A stretch of 29,349 bases of DNA from Parachlamydiaceae bacterium. Its GTDB lineage: Bacteria > Chlamydiota > Chlamydiia > Chlamydiales > Parachlamydiaceae. Under the pieces are notes generated by a model. It ran no database searches. It was given only the letters and a program-made list of their open reading frames with translations, and was not told where the DNA came from. Below, one piece after another: positions 27,298 to 29,349 of this stretch (position 1 is the first letter of the stretch; each line of letters starts with the position of its first letter). The position numbers were made by a program, and so were the translations under genes. The stretch covers positions 15,647 to 44,995 of the forward strand of contig DAORNI010000005.1 of NCBI GenBank assembly GCA_035440845.1, given 5' to 3'.

Positions 27298-28155
27298 ATG
27301 CAGCTCTACGCCCTTGACCGATCTTCAAAGATAATTTCTGCAAAAAACGCCCATAAAAAAGAGGTCTATTTTTGCTTGGAATGTGGCAGTCCGCTTTATT
27401 GCCGCGGCGGTTTTTATAAACAAAATCATTTTTACCATATCAAAGCAAATCGCACCTGCCGGCAAAACGGCAAAAGCGAGGAACATTTGCAGGTACAGCT
27501 GTTTTTGCAAGAAGCCCTTGGTGAAAAAGAATGCCTTTTAGAAAAACCTTTTAAAGAGATCAACCGCATTGCAGATGTGGTGTGGCCTTCAAAAAAACTG
27601 GTCTTTGAAGTGCAATGCTCTCCTATTTTGGCAAGCGAAGTAAAAAAAAGAAATGAGGACTATGAGAGCCTTGGGTTTTTTGTGATCTGGATCTTACATG
27701 ACAAGCGCTTCAACCAAAAAAGGCTCTCTGCTGCAGAAAATTATCTTCAAATAATGCCCTACTATTTTACTAATATCAACAAGCAAGGCAATGGGATCAT
27801 TTATGATTCTTTTTGGCTGATGGAAAAAGGCATGCGCATTTTTTCAACGCCTTTTTTTGCAGTTTCCATCTCTCTTGCATCGCATGTGGAAGTTTTACAT
27901 CAAAAGCTAAAAGAAAGAAAAAAAGAAATTCCAGATCTTTTATGGAAAAAAATAGAAAGCCAAAAATATTGCTTTGAAGGCGATTTAACCGAGCAGCTTT
28001 TAAACGGAAAAACTTCAGAGCTTTTATTTGAAGAAGCTTTAAAAAGACAGAAGAAAAAAGAGGTTAAATGGTCATTACGATTTTTATTTCAAAAGTTGAT
28101 CGTAAGACCGTACAAAATTATTTTTAATATACTTTTAGAAAAAGCCTGCCTTTAG
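27298..28155 (+). CDS. coiA: Competence protein CoiA-like nuclease
   Basis: N-terminal YFCLECGSP...HFYH zinc-binding segment and PD-(D/E)xK-like IADVVW...FEVQCS core. ATG 27298 preferred over the GTG at 27217. Confidence 0.8.
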   Translation: MQLYALDRSSKIISAKNAHKKEVYFCLECGSPLYCRGGFYKQNHFYHIKANRTCRQNGKSEEHLQVQLFLQEALGEKECLLEKPFKEINRIADVVWPSKKLVFEVQCSPILASEVKKRNEDYESLGFFVIWILHDKRFNQKRLSAAENYLQIMPYYFTNINKQGNGIIYDSFWLMEKGMRIFSTPFFAVSISLASHVEVLHQKLKERKKEIPDLLWKKIESQKYCFEGDLTEQLLNGKTSELLFEEALKRQKKKEVKWSLRFLFQKLIVRPYKIIFNILLEKACL

Positions 28156-28180
28156 AGGGCATGCACGATGGACATATCAC

Positions 28181-28771
28181 TTATAACCTAGTCACTTCGA
28201 TGCGGTTATTTTGACGGTAGAGATTTGCCTCAATTTTACTTGGCGTCAACACTTCTTCAAAAACTTCTACTTCGCTAAATTTTTCTTCAAGCATCTCTTC
28301 TTCAATTTCTTCTATCTCTTCAATTTTCTGCTGTGCAATCTCTTCTTCAGCCTCTTCAATTTCTTCTTTTACCGTCTCTTCAACTTTTGCCTTCCATTTA
28401 ATTTCCACCTCTTCCAGACGATGCTTCAAATTAAAGTTTTCACTAGATAAATATTGAACTTCTTTTCTCTTTGCTTCCAATTCTTCGTTCAGATTGACAA
28501 TGATCTCATCAAGGCCTTCACCCTCATCCCCGACATAAGGCGTGCAAAAAGATTGCTCCTCATCCGTTTCAGAGGAGATTCCCTGCTCAAATTGCGTCAT
28601 GAAATAAAAGAAAAGAAAAGAGCCGGCAATGGCAAAAAACAAGCCGAATGAAAAAAAACTCCACGCCTTTTCCTGATGCATGGCATTCATGCCATAAAAA
28701 CTTAAAAAAAGAAAAGGGACAAAGTAGAGAGCGATAATAAAAAGAGCTGTAGTGTGCCGTGATTTAAACAT
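28181..28771 (-). CDS. Two-TM membrane protein with acidic coiled-coil tail (196 aa)
   Basis: Two N-terminal hydrophobic helices followed by a Glu-rich heptad region. Confidence 0.75.
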   Translation of the reverse strand: MFKSRHTTALFIIALYFVPFLFLSFYGMNAMHQEKAWSFFSFGLFFAIAGSFLFFYFMTQFEQGISSETDEEQSFCTPYVGDEGEGLDEIIVNLNEELEAKRKEVQYLSSENFNLKHRLEEVEIKWKAKVEETVKEEIEEAEEEIAQQKIEEIEEIEEEMLEEKFSEVEVFEEVLTPSKIEANLYRQNNRIEVTRL

Positions 28772-28779
28772 AATTTTCT

Positions 28780-29235
28780 TTAAAGATTAAATTTTTTTTC
28801 GCCATAAATTTTAAGACCCGCAAAATAAAACATCAAAAAGAGTAAAATAAGTGCAGATATGCATTCTTTTAACGGAAATGGGTTTTGTAAAGAAGAAAAA
28901 TCCTCATTTTGAGGGCTATAAAATGCTAAAACCTTATCTCCTCTTTTCTTTAGCTCATCATCTGCAGATGCTGGATTTCTAAATTTTGGAGACGTGAAAA
29001 TTGTCTCGTTTTGATGCTGTTTTCCATTGGCTGTAAAAAAATAGCTGGCTCCTATCCTAAATTCACCAGGAGATACTTCTTCAACAAACCAATTGGAGAC
29101 AAAAGCCTCTTTTGTTGCACTTAAAGAAATGTAACGGTAGAGATTAGAAGCTGCCGGGACAAAAAACCAGAGAAAAGAAACAACAAGCAGCGTAAAGAGC
29201 AACACCCATACAGAATTTTTAGAAATATTTTTCAT
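28780..29235 (-). CDS. Hypothetical membrane protein, TM-beta domain-TM (151 aa)
   Basis: N- and C-terminal TM helices flanking a beta-rich segment (FRIGASYFFTANGKQH...VLAFYSPQN), an architecture reminiscent of DUF3592; operonic spacing with both neighbours. Confidence 0.75.
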   Translation of the reverse strand: MKNISKNSVWVLLFTLLVVSFLWFFVPAASNLYRYISLSATKEAFVSNWFVEEVSPGEFRIGASYFFTANGKQHQNETIFTSPKFRNPASADDELKKRGDKVLAFYSPQNEDFSSLQNPFPLKECISALILLFLMFYFAGLKIYGEKKFNL

Positions 29236-29349
29236 AAATTAAATCTTTTAAATTCTTCCGGGAGCTCTGATTCAAAGCGCATGGCTTTTTTAGTGACAGG
29301 GTGAGAAAAGGCAAGCAAATGGGCATGCAGTCCAAGCCGTTTCAAGGGG
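29232..29349 (-). CDS. RluA family pseudouridine synthase, C-terminal fragment (runs off the window end)
   Basis: Not in the ORF track. Hand translation PLKRLGLHAHLLAFSHPVTKKAMRFESELPEEFKRFNL* matches the RluA/RluD C-terminal RL.LHA..L.F.HP motif; ATGA overlap with the next gene. Confidence 0.85.
   Translation of the reverse strand, partial: PLKRLGLHAHLLAFSHPVTKKAMRFESELPEEFKRFNL

Noticed and set aside
1-29349. CRISPR arrays, tRNA/rRNA genes, transposases, integrases, recoded stop codons
   Set aside because: No spaced repeat array, cloverleaf or rRNA-like tract, or DDE/tyrosine recombinase motif was seen by eye. Core genes translate intact with code 11.

Overview
AT-rich, gene-dense chromosomal window from a member of the phylum Chlamydiae, most likely an environmental (Parachlamydiales-like) lineage. 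The assignment rests on gene content and gene order recalled from C. trachomatis. Conserved blocks: tolB(partial)-tolA-like-exbD/tolR-exbB/tolQ divergent from dsbD-tatD; hypothetical-psd ... secA; zinc-ribbon membrane gene divergent from lpdA-lipA-HEAT-like gene; the type III secretion operon sctJ-(CT560-like)-sctL-sctR-sctS-sctT; rpoD translationally coupled to a DinG helicase; coiA; two membrane proteins; and a partial RluA-family pseudouridine synthase. No rRNA, tRNA, CRISPR array or transposase was seen. The unusual material lies between the conserved blocks: a low-GC LRR gene with a degenerate F-box-like N-terminus and a Ser/Asp tail, a 192-aa secreted orphan, a frameshifted secreted-protein ORF just upstream of secA, a 503-aa protein with a His...Asn-Cys signature of permuted papain-like hydrolases, a 21-bp-arm inverted repeat, and a 122-aa orphan after sctT. 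I cannot support a complete new multi-gene system. The best leads are these candidate host-directed effectors, and all family calls come from motif reading without database searches.
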